Below, piece after piece: positions 32,514-45,100 of a DNA stretch of 64,000 bases. Numbering within the stretch: position 1 is the stretch's first letter; each line of letters opens with the position of its first letter. The notes below the pieces were generated by a model. The model saw nothing but the letters and a program-made list of their open reading frames with translations, ran no database searches and had not been told where the DNA came from. The position numbers were made by a program, and so were the translations under genes. The DNA comes from Paraspadella gotoi. Taxonomy: Eukaryota; Animalia; Chaetognatha. The stretch covers positions 9,139,709 to 9,203,708 of the forward strand of contig CM119267.1 of the NCBI GenBank assembly GCA_051294375.1, read 5' to 3'.

Positions 32514-35500
32514 ATGTCGTTTTCGTGGAAGAGACCTTTGAACAATGAAGTTTTGACAATCCCTCCTCGGTGGCTCAAGTGTCCCCGGAAAGGCCTTCCC
32601 ATCATCAACAAATTTATACCTTTTAAAACTCCTCTTGATCAAAAGTACGATGATCAAGTTCCCGAGGAGGATCGCTTCACTCTCGACTTTCTTTTGGCAT
32701 CGTTGTCCGCAAAGAAAGTCAAGTTGGGTAAGTATAACTTGGATCGAGACTAAACTGCCTTTTTATTAAAATGAATGTGTAAATGTATTTTTTTATAAGG
32801 TCTTATTGTGGATCTTACCAACACTAAGAGATTCTATGATTCCGAAATGTTGCAAGAAAAGCAGATAAAATATGTAAAAATAAACTGCAAGGGTCGCTCG
32901 GAAACTCCGAACGAAAATCAAACGAAGGCATTCTTAGAACTGTGTTACAATTTTATCTCGCAAAACCCATTAGCGCACATTGGCGTTCATTGTACACACG
33001 GTTTTAACAGAACAGGGTTTTTGATATGCGCCTATTTGGTGGAGAAGAATGACTGGGGTGTCGACGCCGCAGTGCAGGTTGGCCGCCGTATATATATGTC
33101 GGACATAAATTCGTGTTTTATTTAATAGCTTAATGTTCTAAATGAGCAAACGTAATTTGTGATTTACGTCTTTAAAGGTTTTCGCTCAAGCGAGGCCACC
33201 CGGAATTTATAAGGAAGACTATCTCGTGGATTTGTTTTCGAGATATGGAATGGAAGGAGAATCACCGCCACCTCCGCCATTGCCTACCTGGTGCAAGGAA
33301 AGCGAGGATGACGACGACGACGACGGGGATGCTCAACAAAATGGCTCCAGTAATTTAACTCAATCCATTAAGATCGAGAATTCCCTATTTTAAATTGACT
33401 ACCTTTTATCAGACGCCAAACGACAAAGCTTTGGAACTTTAACTAAAGCTCCCGTTTTTATGGAAGGGGTTACTGGAGTTCGGCCCTTAAATCAGCTTTC
33501 ACCACATACTGAACAACTTCAAAGAATGGTATTTTATTAAATCATACAGGGGTGGGACCCTATATCGAGACAAAATCTAACGTCCTGCCCTGTCTGAACG
33601 ATTTGAGATGAAATAATAAAATGAATGGCAAAAGTTTTTTCTGTTTTTTTACTTTTATAAACAATGAAACAAAAAAAATTTTAAGCAACTTCAAGGCGTG
33701 GATGTTTTCAAAACATTTTATCGTTTTTATGCGCGCGCATTGTATTGCATATGATATAAGCCATACTTATAATATTTTTCAGTGGTCGTTTCTGAACATG
33801 AGTGTTATATCTTATCATCAATTAACCGGATTTTAAACTTTTCATCACTATCCAAATTATTTTTTATTTTTCCAAATAAAACAAAATTTTAGGAAGATTT
33901 TAACGAATTTGCTTAAGGTCCGGGATCACTCAATTCAAATTATAATTAGCCTAAAACCGAGCTCGGATTTCGAAAGGAGAGCTCCTGAAGATTCCGAAAA
34001 TGTATTCACTTTACTATTTTTTCAAAGGCGTCATCGTTTTTTTGATTTTTTTTGTACTATATAAAATAAAAGAAACCTATTTGAAGAGTTGCAGCCCAAA
34101 CGGTAAGGCGGTTTCTCATAAAATTTGGCATGAATTACTTTTAGGTCACTAACTCCAATTCTATGAAAAGATATTTTCAAAATTTGCCTTCCTTCATATA
34201 AAATTTTGATTATTTTAATCAATTTTTGGGATTAATTCCTTGATATCTTTGAAACGAAAAACATTTTTTCAAAAACGCGCTCATAGAATCTCCCCCACCT
34301 TTCCTTTCTTGCCCAAGATATTTTTTTCTTCAAGAAGAGTCCAACGGTTTGAGCTGCAACTCTTCGTTTTTAACTTCACTTCGTCAAGAAAGTTAAATTC
34401 TGTACTCATTAAACTCATTAAACATTTACATAAAGTAAAAAGTCAAATTGAAATAAATTCGATAAGTTTTTTAACTCATAAAACTCATGAAAGTATAAAA
34501 AACCGTCTGGAAAATGTGAAGAGTAGTTTGTTTTAGACTTATTAGTGATACAACCCCATGTATGTACTTGTACCAAAGGAAGAATTAAATATAAGAAGTA
34601 GAAATTGAGCTTACTGTAAAGAATCAGTTTTAAGTTAAAAATTTAGTTGTAGAAATTTAGCTTACATATAAAAAAAATATTTTTCTCTTGAAAATCTAGT
34701 TTTACCGAAGAAAAAATTTTGTTTAAATTTTTATTAACATTTTAGGTAGATTTTTAAAAGTTTTCGAATAATTTTTAATAGAAAACCTCTTACAGGATAT
34801 GAGAAAATGATTAAGATACAGTAAATTAGATTTCTACAATTTTAGGTTGAGTGATCCCTGGCCTTAAATCGTGAAATACTTTGTATTTCTTACCCTTTCT
34901 TGACACTTTTATTATGCATTCAGAAATCTTATTTGATTAACTTAATTATCTGACAATATCGTTAATAAATATTTTTATAAAAGTCAGTTTTGATAAAAAT
35001 TAAACCATAACAGTAACTTACCCACACCTTAACTGCTTACTTCAAATTTTTTAAACCAAAATGCAATGTACACTTTGCCAGAAGTATTATTATTCTATAC
35101 TTCCATAAATAAATACTTCCATAAATATTTTTAACTATTATGTCTTAGAATAAGATTAAACAATAAGTTTTCAAACAGAATATTTTACAAATATTTATTC
35201 AGATTTTAAAAATCATTAAGAGTTTTAGAGTAGTGATTTTTTAAATTTTGTCTCGATATATGGTCCCACCCCTGTACAGTCATGTCCAAAAAAAGGCACC
35301 ACTTTGTATCAATCTTTATAAATAACCCTGTATATTTGGATATTTAAAACATTTTTAAAATAAATTAATTTTATTAAAAAAAATATTAAGTATAATTTTT
35401 TTTTAAATTAAATATAAATTTATTTATTTAAATTTATATTTTTTATTTTTTTGATTGATTAAAAATAAAAAATAAAAATGGAAATTAAAAAATGTTGCAC

Positions 35501-38500
35501 TACAGTGACTTTGTTAGCCCATGTATTTTTAACATACTGCATAAGAATAGCGTCATTTATTTTTATAGTTCATATAAGATTTTTTTCAAAATTAAAAGTG
35601 GTACTAATATTATTAATAGTTATAATAAGTTTTTTTTTATTTTAATAAATGAGAAACCCACTATAAGCGAGTTATAAGCATTTAATGTAAGTGGTATGGA
35701 CCGATGAATACATACCGATTATTAAAAAGTGTTTTTATAAAGTTGTTGCGCAAGTATTCAATATATTAAGTATCTGGAGGGATAGCTGATCAATTAGATT
35801 AACCCAGATCTTTAAATAATAATTTTAGCTTTTTTAAGGTTATTGAAAAATAATATGAATGACAGGTCAATAATTCTAAAGCTTATTAATCTGCTACATG
35901 TTCACTTAACCAATTGTAATAAACTTTAAACATATAATTTTTTTAATATTTTTTTAAATAATTTTTAAAAATATTCTTATAGAATGTTTGGAATTTAAAA
36001 TTATAAAGTGGCGCCTTTTTTGGTTTTTTTACGCACATGTGTAGTTTAGTGATAAAAATACTTTTTCTAGAGAGCTAACAAAAATTTTTGGATCAGACGC
36101 AGAAAATGGTTGGATGGACTAAATCTGGGTTTCCCGGCGCTCAGCCAGTCTCCATGGACAGAAGAAATCTAGTATTTTTGACTCAAAAGCCTTTCAAAGG
36201 TGAAAAGAAACGAAAAACGAAAAACACAAGTTTACATAACGCGTTTGCATTTTATTCACGTAGTGAGTTGGAAAGCTGATGGCACTCGTTACATGATGTT
36301 AATTAAAGGAGAAAATGAAGTTTACTTTGTCGACCGCGACAATTGCGTTTTTCAAGTTGATAACTTAAAATTTCCTTACAGGTTAAACGAATATCTTCTG
36401 ACTTTTATTTAAAACGTGAGTTTACATGATATTTAATCCCTTTAGGAAAGATCTGAAGCATCATTTGTTCGATACGCTTTTAGATGGTGAAATGGTCATT
36501 GACAAACATGAGGGACAACCTATTCCTAGATACTTAATATACGACATTATTAAGTTCAGAGGTATGTAGGTATTACTGAAAAATTTACTCATAAAATTAA
36601 ATTTAGTTATATATTTAGGTAATATCAGAATCTTCAACAGAACGTAATCTTCAAAAAAAAAAAACAAAAAAAAACTATTCAGTCTCTGGCATGTCTCGCT
36701 TCGCTTCTTTTTGCCACATTTCTAGGGGCATCTGAGCATTTTGGTCTTTCTGTGAATTGCAACTTCTTCCTCCGACTGGCTTGAAAGTCGATTCAATATA
36801 TTTTGTACATTGTTTTTGGTGATGAGCAAGGTTTTTTCTTCGTTGGTACCTTTGTCCACAGGTACATTCGTATGGCTTGATCCCTCTATGAGAGAATATG
36901 TGATCTTTGAGGTTATGCTCGTCGAAAAAGCCTTTATTGCATTCCGGGCATGGATAAGGATATTCTCCCGTGTGCTGCTGCATATGCCTCTTGTAGCCTA
37001 GTTTTGATTGAAACTCTTTCCCGCAGAGAATGCAGGCGTGATTACTGCTTTTTACGTGCGAACTTACATGAACATCCATCTCGGTCCATGTTCCACGGTA
37101 GTCGCATTGTCCGCATTTAACCTGCACTTCACCAAACTTCTGAGTTTCGATGTCTTTTAAATGGTTTTTTAGATGGTAGGATATTATTTTAGGATTTACA
37201 GTCATAAAACTGCAGTAGCTGCACTGAAAAGGTTTGCTTCCAGTGTGCACAACTTTATGCAGGGCCATTCGCGACTCTCCGATGGTATAAAAACGACAAT
37301 CCTCGCATTTAGCTATAGTACCTCGTAGATGATGTAACGTGTGAGCCTTTACAATCTCTTGATCCTCAGAAACAAATTCACAAAGTTGGCATTTGTGTAT
37401 TTTCCACAAGGCCTTGTTGTGGTGGGTTCTGTGCCTTATAAATGCGTCTTCGTCTTTGCTTTCATAAGGGCAGTTAAAACATTCCCACTTAAGGCTTTTC
37501 GATGTCTTCGACTTGTAGTTCAAAACGTGTTCGTAAAATTGCTGATAGGTGGTAAGAGCCCCACATTTGTTACACTGCAAGTCGTTCTTGTCGTTGGCCA
37601 TGAAATCATTCGGTACCGGGAGATCTACCGGATTCAGGTTTCCCCCGCAGATTTGGCAGCTGCGCACTTCGTTTTTATGATGATAAGTCACGTGGGTCTT
37701 GATTCCCCCTGCAGATAATTCGACATAACCGCAGATCTTGCAGACGCAATGCTCCCGCATGATGTGTAATTTGAACGATTCGTCGTCGTCAAAACTTTCC
37801 TCGCATCTCGAGCACTTGAATTTCGACGAGACAACGTGTTCTTGCATGTGGAGGAAAAATTCCATTCGGTCGTAGCACTCGAAACGACAGAAGAAACACT
37901 TAATCCCGTTCCATTGAGACTCTGGAGCAGATTCCACGGCGAGGGCCCTTCTCTTCTCGCAATTCGACGTTGAGGGCTTTGGAAGCTGCGGTTCTACATG
38001 CATCTCCGTCGAGCTCCGGATTCGTATCGTTGCCGGGCCAGATACTCCGTCCTGCAAGGCTGGCAGAATAGGGCGAAAACGTGGTTTCGTCGGCTTCAAT
38101 ATGGTTTCGTCGAGAGAACGTCTCGTTTTGTAACTTTTGTTAGCGGTCGTCTGTGTGGGCAGGTTAACGGGTTTTGTGAATCTTGTTGGAGAAGTCTCGT
38201 CATCGTCGTCGATGCATACGACGAGCGGACCCGACTCTCTTTTATCGCCCTCTCGATCCTCCATGGCATTAGAACGCAGCAATTTGAGTTTGGCCGAATC
38301 GCTGATGGAGGAGTCTATGGTGAGGCCATCGAGACTCGGGATTTTCCTTTTTCCCGAGAAATTAACTTGAGCGTCCCCGTCTTCCGCTACGATTCTCGAC
38401 AAAGCTTTTAAAAGATTTTGCTTGGGATCATCGACGGAGGCCTCCCCGCGTCGCCGCTCGTATTGTCGAATCTCATCGCCCGACTTGACTCTTTCGATAG

Positions 38501-39942
38501 GATTAGAAGTGGCGTAAAACCGAGTACGGGGTCGGCCACGGCGAGACCTGCGTTCATCCATTGCTGGAAAAAGGGAAAAAAAATGAATTAGTACTTTTTT
38601 ATATTAATATTTTTAATATTTTAAATTTGTTTGCATTATAATTTACCTTAAAGTTCAATAGGGAAATAAAACGGAAGAGCGGAGAGTAAGGTATTTTATT
38701 CTTTGCATACGCTGTACCGGTGGCATTTTACTGATGCACGAGGATTAGTCTGAGCTTTACTGTCGTTTCTTAAACCGCCTCTCACGTTTGTCTTTTAAAC
38801 TTCCTACTCTGGAAACAAAAGGCGTTACACTTGCTAAAGCGAAACTAAACTTAACAAGTAATTGCTAATAAATAACAAATTCTTCAAGTTTATTTAATAT
38901 CGCGAAAACTTTTTCCATCAAAAATTCTGAAAAAGGGTCGACTTTAAGATTAAGGTGTTCTCCTTCAGAAATTTCCATTTTTAAGTTTTTTTAAATTTGA
39001 GAAACAAAAGACATTCAAATGTTCATTGTTTGTCTGCTCGTGGACCGGGCGTCGTTTTGATATTTCAAGCTGAAAACCATTCGACCACGAAAAAAATTTT
39101 TACTTTGAACTCTTCGTAGGTGAAGAAGTTGGAAAATGCGCCTTCGATACTCGTTTAATTTGCATCGAAAAAGAAATCGTCAACGCTCGTCACGACGCCA
39201 TGAGGGAGGGTCTTTTAGACAAAAGCAAGGAACCATTTTCCATACGGATCAAGCCTTTTTGGGACATTTCTCAGGTTCCATCTCGATGAATGACGTGAAG
39301 CCAAAAAAATCGATAATTTTTTCCAGAAATGTTTAACTTATTTCTTAGGCCAAGTCGTTGTTGGAGGGCTCTTTCTCCAAGTCCGTATCTCACGAAGTCG
39401 ACGGACTCATCTTTCAACCAGCGGGCAAGGACGACGTTTACGTCGGGGGCCGCTGCCCGGACATGCTCAAGTGGAAGCCGGCCTCTCTCAATTCCGTGGA
39501 CTTTAAACTCAATATCGTCCGGGTCCAGTTGCCCGGCTGCCTCCCCGAAAATAAAGGGCAACTCTTCGTCGGCGGCCAACAACAACCGCTTGGCGAGATA
39601 AAGATAACCAAGAGCCTTAAACAATACGACAAGAAGATCATAGAGTGCAAGTGGAACTTTGAGAAAAACGAATGGACGTTCATGAGGGAGAGGACGGACA
39701 AGAGCTTTCCCAATGGGTACAATACGGCCATGGGGGTGATTGAGAGCATCAGAAATCCCGTCACCAAGGAAATTTTATTCGACACCATCGGAAGACATCG
39801 GTATCTATTAACTAAGCTGGAATTGACTTCATTTAAAAATGAATTAAAGTGAAACTCATCGTTACCATGTTTCAGATGGCGTCCTCAACCCATGGGTCCC
39901 CCTTCTCTTCCTCCTCCGCCTCGCCCTCCGTCAAAAGCGTAG
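32514..39942 (+). CDS. RNGTT: Bifunctional mRNA capping enzyme (triphosphatase + guanylyltransferase), ~10 exons
   Basis: [73 protein letters not shown] and [10 protein letters not shown]; the last exon 39876-39942 is Pro-rich. Confidence 0.93.
33547..35274. mobile_element. Tc1/mariner-type non-autonomous element (TA TSD) with a nested TTAA element
   Basis: ta|CAGGGGTGGGACCCTATATCGAGACAAAAT ... ATTTTGTCTCGATATATGGTCCCACCCCTG|ta. Confidence 0.85.
33917..34863. mobile_element. Non-autonomous TTAA-inserting DNA transposon (Kolobok/T2-like MITE), copy 2
   Basis: Same termini, TTAA flanks and body as 18002-18946. Confidence 0.88.
35277..36041. mobile_element. Degenerate TA-flanked MITE abutting the previous element
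   Basis: ta|cagtcatgtccaaaaaaaggcaccacttt ... aaagtggcgccttttttgg..cacatgtg|ta (imperfect TIRs). Confidence 0.5.
36675..38561 (-). CDS. Multi-C2H2 zinc-finger protein nested antisense in an RNGTT intron
   Basis: 628-aa ORF with repeated CxxC...HxxxH fingers and HTGSKPF, HTGEYPY and HRGIKPY linkers. On the - strand a polypyrimidine-ccag acceptor precedes the ATG, with a donor (taag|gtaaat) near 38647. Confidence 0.9.
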   Translation of the reverse strand: MDERRSRRGRPRTRFYATSNPIERVKSGDEIRQYERRRGEASVDDPKQNLLKALSRIVAEDGDAQVNFSGKRKIPSLDGLTIDSSISDSAKLKLLRSNAMEDREGDKRESGPLVVCIDDDDETSPTRFTKPVNLPTQTTANKSYKTRRSLDETILKPTKPRFRPILPALQDGVSGPATIRIRSSTEMHVEPQLPKPSTSNCEKRRALAVESAPESQWNGIKCFFCRFECYDRMEFFLHMQEHVVSSKFKCSRCEESFDDDESFKLHIMREHCVCKICGYVELSAGGIKTHVTYHHKNEVRSCQICGGNLNPVDLPVPNDFMANDKNDLQCNKCGALTTYQQFYEHVLNYKSKTSKSLKWECFNCPYESKDEDAFIRHRTHHNKALWKIHKCQLCEFVSEDQEIVKAHTLHHLRGTIAKCEDCRFYTIGESRMALHKVVHTGSKPFQCSYCSFMTVNPKIISYHLKNHLKDIETQKFGEVQVKCGQCDYRGTWTEMDVHVSSHVKSSNHACILCGKEFQSKLGYKRHMQQHTGEYPYPCPECNKGFFDEHNLKDHIFSHRGIKPYECTCGQRYQRRKNLAHHQKQCTKYIESTFKPVGGRSCNSQKDQNAQMPLEMWQKEAKRDMPETE

Positions 39943-40164
39943 ACAAGAATGAATGCGACTCGGACTCCCTCACTTTCCCTGACTTTCCTGACTCAAGTGT
40001 CACAGAAAAAAACTTTGATTATTGATCTCGCAAAATTCACTGTTGGTCACAGCATCTTTGTTACGGTTTTTTTTTTTAGTTACATAACTGAAACTATTTT
40101 CCTTCTATTCTTTTTTATCATGACCGAATTGTTTTTTTTTTTTATGACAAGCAATCCATCCGCC

Positions 40165-42018
40165 ATGATTTCGAATTCTGAAGCTCAATCTTTGAGATTA
40201 GAATTGGCGCAACTTGAAAAACTATTACGTGAGCGTCGTTCACCGTCTATGGGTTCGCAGTCGATACCTCGACCCAGTTCATCCGTCCCTTATCCAATGA
40301 CGTCTCATGGCTCATTCAACGTTCGCCCACACCGTCCCCCCGACATTCCTTACCTTCATCCTCGTGGTCAACTGAGAAACCACTCGAATTTTTCGGCGCG
40401 TGCGCGATTTAGTCTTCGAAATCCTAATTTTCCAACGCCTCTCACGGAAAAAACCGCTCCGACTCCAAGCGTCAATAAAACATGGACGAAAAAAACGGAA
40501 CCGATGACGTCAAGTAGACCTCTGGAGGTGAAATTAGATCAGACTAAGCCTTCCGATATCGCCGCGGCTAAACCGGAAGGTTCGGTGGTCATCCAACGAT
40601 CCAAGTACAAAATGACGAAGAAACTATCAACCTCGTCATCTATTGACGAAATAAATCGCACAGAAGAGGCTGCCGAAAGTTGGCGAGTCGTTTCTCGGCA
40701 TAGTATCAAAAAAATCCCATCAAACGTGGCAGTCACTCAAGGGAACTCGCCATGCTTAAAACTCGACAATTCGGTATCAGACGATTCGGCGAAAACGGGT
40801 GCTAATAATTTGAAGTATGATAAGCCCAAGCACAGTCTTTTGAAAAAAGTAAAACTGATAAGAATATCGAAAACTGACCAGCTTTCTAACGTTAAAGGGT
40901 CGACTTCGGAGGTCATTTTCGATCCAAAATATAAATTGAACAAGAAAAAATCTATTGAGGCTAATTCTACGCTGGCGGTTGCTAAGTCAGGAAATAGATT
41001 TCAATACATGTCAGAAAAAGCGCGGAAAAACAAACTGAAGTATGATAGAGCAAAGCAGATTCAGGCGGATCTTTTGAAAAAGCGCCGAAAAATCTTGAGA
41101 CCTAATAAAAAATCCGGGGTGCTGCACGTTGATGGTGCTGTGTACAAAGTGAACAAAACTAAAATGATGAAAGTGGGAAGTAATAGTATCGGAAGTAAGA
41201 AAGAAATTATGCCGAAAACAATTTCGGTAGCAATTCCGTCATCACAGAGATCCAAGCATCATTCCAAGCAGCCGCAATCGGGTAAGAAATCTACTTCTTC
41301 GCCTCACAAAACAACTAAATCAAAAGTAAAGAAGCATTGCGTATTCTACATTCGTTTTGGAAAGTGCAATAACCTTGGCTCTTGCCCGTATGTTCACGAT
41401 CCGGAAAGAGTGGCCGTCTGCACCCGATTCCTCCGTGGAACGTGCAAGGTCCAAGGCTGTCCTTTCTCTCACGAAGTCGCTCCCGAGAAAATGCCTGTTT
41501 GCTCTTACTTTTTGCGAGGAAGTTGCAGCAAAAATCCTTGTCCTTACCTGCATGTGCGCGTCAACGAAGACGCGGATGTTTGCCAAGAGTTTGTAAGCGG
41601 TTACTGCGTTCGCGGCGCCGAGTGCGACAAGAAGCACATCATGGATTGCGGTCAGAAATACGAAGCACTCTGCAAGTTGGGGATAAAGTGCAGTACCCAC
41701 GGAAGAGCTAAGAAAATTGGCAATTTCTCAAAAGTTGCTACTCCAGAAAATTCCAATTTGACTGTGCAAATTTCCGAGATCTCCGGGAAAGAGAAACCCG
41801 TTTATAAAGAAGTTCTCAGCGTAAACGAAGACGATAATAACACTTTAGGGAGCGAATCTACCTCCGCTGAAAGTTCAAAGAGCTTTACCGAAAACTTTAT
41901 CTCTTTGAAAAGCGCCCCCACCTTAAGCGAATCCAATTCAAATTTGGGAAAAGAAGCAATGGATTTCTTCAACCCAGAAAAGGGCATCAAACCTCGACTT
42001 GTACAAGTGGTAGAATGA
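40165..42018 (+). CDS. ZC3H3: CCCH zinc-finger protein ZC3H3-like, intronless (start at 40144 or 40165)
   Basis: CVFYIRFGKCNNLGSCPYVHDPERVAVCTRFLRGTCK..CPFSH...EKMPVCSYFLRG.C....CPYLHVRV...ADVCQEFVSGYC matches the ZC3H3 finger cluster. Confidence 0.8.
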   Translation: MISNSEAQSLRLELAQLEKLLRERRSPSMGSQSIPRPSSSVPYPMTSHGSFNVRPHRPPDIPYLHPRGQLRNHSNFSARARFSLRNPNFPTPLTEKTAPTPSVNKTWTKKTEPMTSSRPLEVKLDQTKPSDIAAAKPEGSVVIQRSKYKMTKKLSTSSSIDEINRTEEAAESWRVVSRHSIKKIPSNVAVTQGNSPCLKLDNSVSDDSAKTGANNLKYDKPKHSLLKKVKLIRISKTDQLSNVKGSTSEVIFDPKYKLNKKKSIEANSTLAVAKSGNRFQYMSEKARKNKLKYDRAKQIQADLLKKRRKILRPNKKSGVLHVDGAVYKVNKTKMMKVGSNSIGSKKEIMPKTISVAIPSSQRSKHHSKQPQSGKKSTSSPHKTTKSKVKKHCVFYIRFGKCNNLGSCPYVHDPERVAVCTRFLRGTCKVQGCPFSHEVAPEKMPVCSYFLRGSCSKNPCPYLHVRVNEDADVCQEFVSGYCVRGAECDKKHIMDCGQKYEALCKLGIKCSTHGRAKKIGNFSKVATPENSNLTVQISEISGKEKPVYKEVLSVNEDDNNTLGSESTSAESSKSFTENFISLKSAPTLSESNSNLGKEAMDFFNPEKGIKPRLVQVVE

Positions 42019-42171
42019 TGCCCGTTTGATGCCATCTCTTTATTTATTTTTTTTAAATTGTAGTGACCGTATTAAAAAAATGTATTCTTTAGTCATCTGA
42101 ATTCAAAAAGTTATGATAATTTTAGTAAAATTAAATTTCATTTTCAGTTTGTATATTACTTGACCGGAACC

Positions 42172-45100
42172 ATGGGTTTCGGTGATTTGGAAGAAAACTT
42201 TCCGCGTGGCAAGAAAAGGGAGAGAGAGGAGACTTTACCGGGCGACAAAGCCATCAAAAAGCCCTCACCCAATCCAAAAATCGTTAACGACTTATTCAAA
42301 GAGTCGCCCGTCCAAAACGAGAGCTCGGACAAAGTCGTAACTAAAAGGAAAAAGAAGCCGGATCCGGAAAAGGGTCCCAAGTCTGTCGGCGCCGCCAAGA
42401 AAAAGGCGCCGAACAGCGAGAAAGAATTGGTGCGAGGAGAACCCGAAAAAATCGATCGCAACGTTTTGCCCGGAACCCTTTTGTTAGGTATGTAACGAAG
42501 CTAACTTGTCCAATGGTCCCTTATGCTTTTTGTTAAAATTAATATTTTTTTTATGCAGGAATCGTGGAATCTGTTGAGCCTTACCTCTTGCGCGTCAGCT
42601 TACCAGGTTAATTTTAAAAGATGAAATCGCTCATTAGATCAGACTTTGTATGCAATGTCTTCTTCTACATAGGTGGCATGTCGGGCGTCCTGTCCATCAA
42701 CGAAGTCTCCGTCGACTACACCAGACTTCTCAAAAAGTGGGCGGATTCGACCTCGACTCATGCCGACGAGATTTTCACGTTAGAACAGATGTTTTCGCCG
42801 GGAACGCGATTGACGACCAAAGTTTTGGCCCGAGAAGACAACAGCGACGACCAAAATCTTCGCTTGACAATCAACCCTCGCGAGGTGAACTTTCAGTTTT
42901 CGCCCGCAATGCTCGTGAAAGGTAAGTGCTGCCGTCTTCACTCAAAATTTTTATCGTAATCTCTTTACAAAGTTCTTTCATTTTTTTTAAAGTTTGATTG
43001 GTAAAGTAATAATGATGTACGTACTACGTAGTTAGTAAAAAAATTCGAACTGTTAAAATTAATTTTTAAAAAAATATATTATTATTGTCTTGATATATTT
43101 TTTTTAACATGAAGGTTTTAACTTATCTGGATGCATCTCTTCGGTGGAGGATCATGGCTACACCGTCGACATAGGAGTACAGGGGATCGTTGCTTTCGCC
43201 GACTCGAAACATTATAGGTGAGCAGTGAGCGTTTAGCAATAATAGACGAAACTAATCTTATTTTTCAATAATTTATCCTTATTTTCTTCAGCGGACCCCA
43301 GTTAAGGGTCGGACAATACGTCCAAGCGGTCGTCACCAACTCCAAAGTTGACCAACTCAAGTCGGGCGAATCTCGCAACGTCGGCCTAAAAATCGACGTC
43401 GACTTTACTAAATACGTCGTCGACGCGACGGCCAAACGAGAATTTTTTTCTCTTCTTCCCGGTCTTTGCGTCAAAGGAAAAATAGTCTCTGTCTTAAAGG
43501 AAGGAATCCGCGTCGATTTTTGTGGAAACCACGTCGGTCACGCCCACATGACTTTACTTAGTAAACCTTTGAAAGAGTACGAGAACCAATCTGAATCCGT
43601 ATTTATCGTCGTCAGCGTTTGTCAATCTACAAAAATAGTATCCTTGTCGGATATGCCTCACCTTCTGGGCCATCGGCTCTCCGTCCCCATCAGCGACCGT
43701 TTCGAATTGGAGGCCCTCCACCGCATGTCCGTGCAACGCGTTCTCGCCCGGTCCAACCACGTCGTCTTCTCTTGCGACGGAGCCCGCGCTTTGTACAACG
43801 AGTCAGTGAAGCACGCGGACAAATTCTCCCGCAAGATTTCCCGCTGCTGCCAAATCGTTGGGTTCGCGCTAGTTGAGAATGCGCTGCTGGTCAAAATGAA
43901 GTCGGAGAAGGCGACCGAGTTTATTAACAAGCTCAAGCTCATTAACGTGGGAGCCGTCGTCAAGGGCATCGTGAAACGTCACCTGCAAAATTCGATCGTT
44001 GTGGAATTAAGCGATCCGGTTAAAGTTCTAGCAAACGTGGCTGTCGAGCATTTGGTCGATTTTAAGCCCGAAAACTCGGAAGAAGCCAAAGCTGCGCGAC
44101 CCGTCGGGTCCGAAATCAAAGCCCGAGTCTTAAACGTAGACATCAACGCCGGAGCCGTCCAATTAACGTGTCAGCCGACTTTGGTCAACTCTAAGCTTTC
44201 CATTCTTCGACATATTGACGAGGCGGTCATCGATCAAGTCTATTGCGGAATCGTTTGCCACGTTTTCGAGAAGACCGACTCGGTCTTGGTGCGGTTTTAT
44301 AAACAAGCGACGGGCGTTCTTTTTTTAAAGCAGACTCCTTATCCTATAGACATGTTTTACAAAGGTTGCCCAATTTTGGTCAAGGCGACAAAAGTAGACC
44401 TCTCGCAAAACCGAATTTTTCTCCAATTGGAACACTTTAATCTCGCTCGCTACAATCGTTCTACCAAAAGCACGAAATTTGACAAATCGTTAATCGGGAG
44501 CGTGGTCGATTGTCTCGTGGTTCGTTCCTCGAAACGGGGAGTCCTGGTAAAACTTCCGTCTGAGGATTATTCGATTCTTCAAAAGACTCATGCTTCAGAT
44601 TTTCCAGAGTTGGCCCATGACATTTTATCTCGACTTACAGTTGGCTCCGCCTTGCCAATGGTGGTAATCGGCGACTCTATGGTTTCTCTTAAAAAAGAAA
44701 TTATCAAATTTTCCTGCGACTCCTCAACAGTCTCTTGGACGAAAGCCATAAAAGATGCTGAGAAGAACGAATTGATAAAGGCGGGAATGACTTTTCCCGT
44801 CACCGTCGTGGAACAAAAAGACTTCGGTATTTTCGTGGTTTTGTTCAATGGATTGCACGGTTTCGTTCCCAACAAACTGTTGACTCAAAAGTCTGTTTCG
44901 AAGCCGTCTGAAATTTATACTATTGGACAAACTCTGCTCGCCACAGTCAAGATCATCGACGAAGAGAAAAACAGAATTGTTCTTAGCACCAAGGGCAAAG
45001 ACACTGATCCACACAGTGCAGAGAGAACGGCCAATATCTTTTCCAATTACCTGTCCGAAAAAAAGTTTCTCCTTGATGGAAAGAAAATCGGAGTAGTAAC

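Noticed and set aside
39801-39875. Possible U12 intron in RNGTT (gtatct...)
   Set aside because: The donor does not match GTATCCTT and there is no clear TCCTTAAC branch site.
39949-40143. N-terminal extension of the ZC3H3 ORF
   Set aside because: It is the T-rich spacer starting 6 nt after the RNGTT stop; the Phe-rich translation indicates non-coding sequence.
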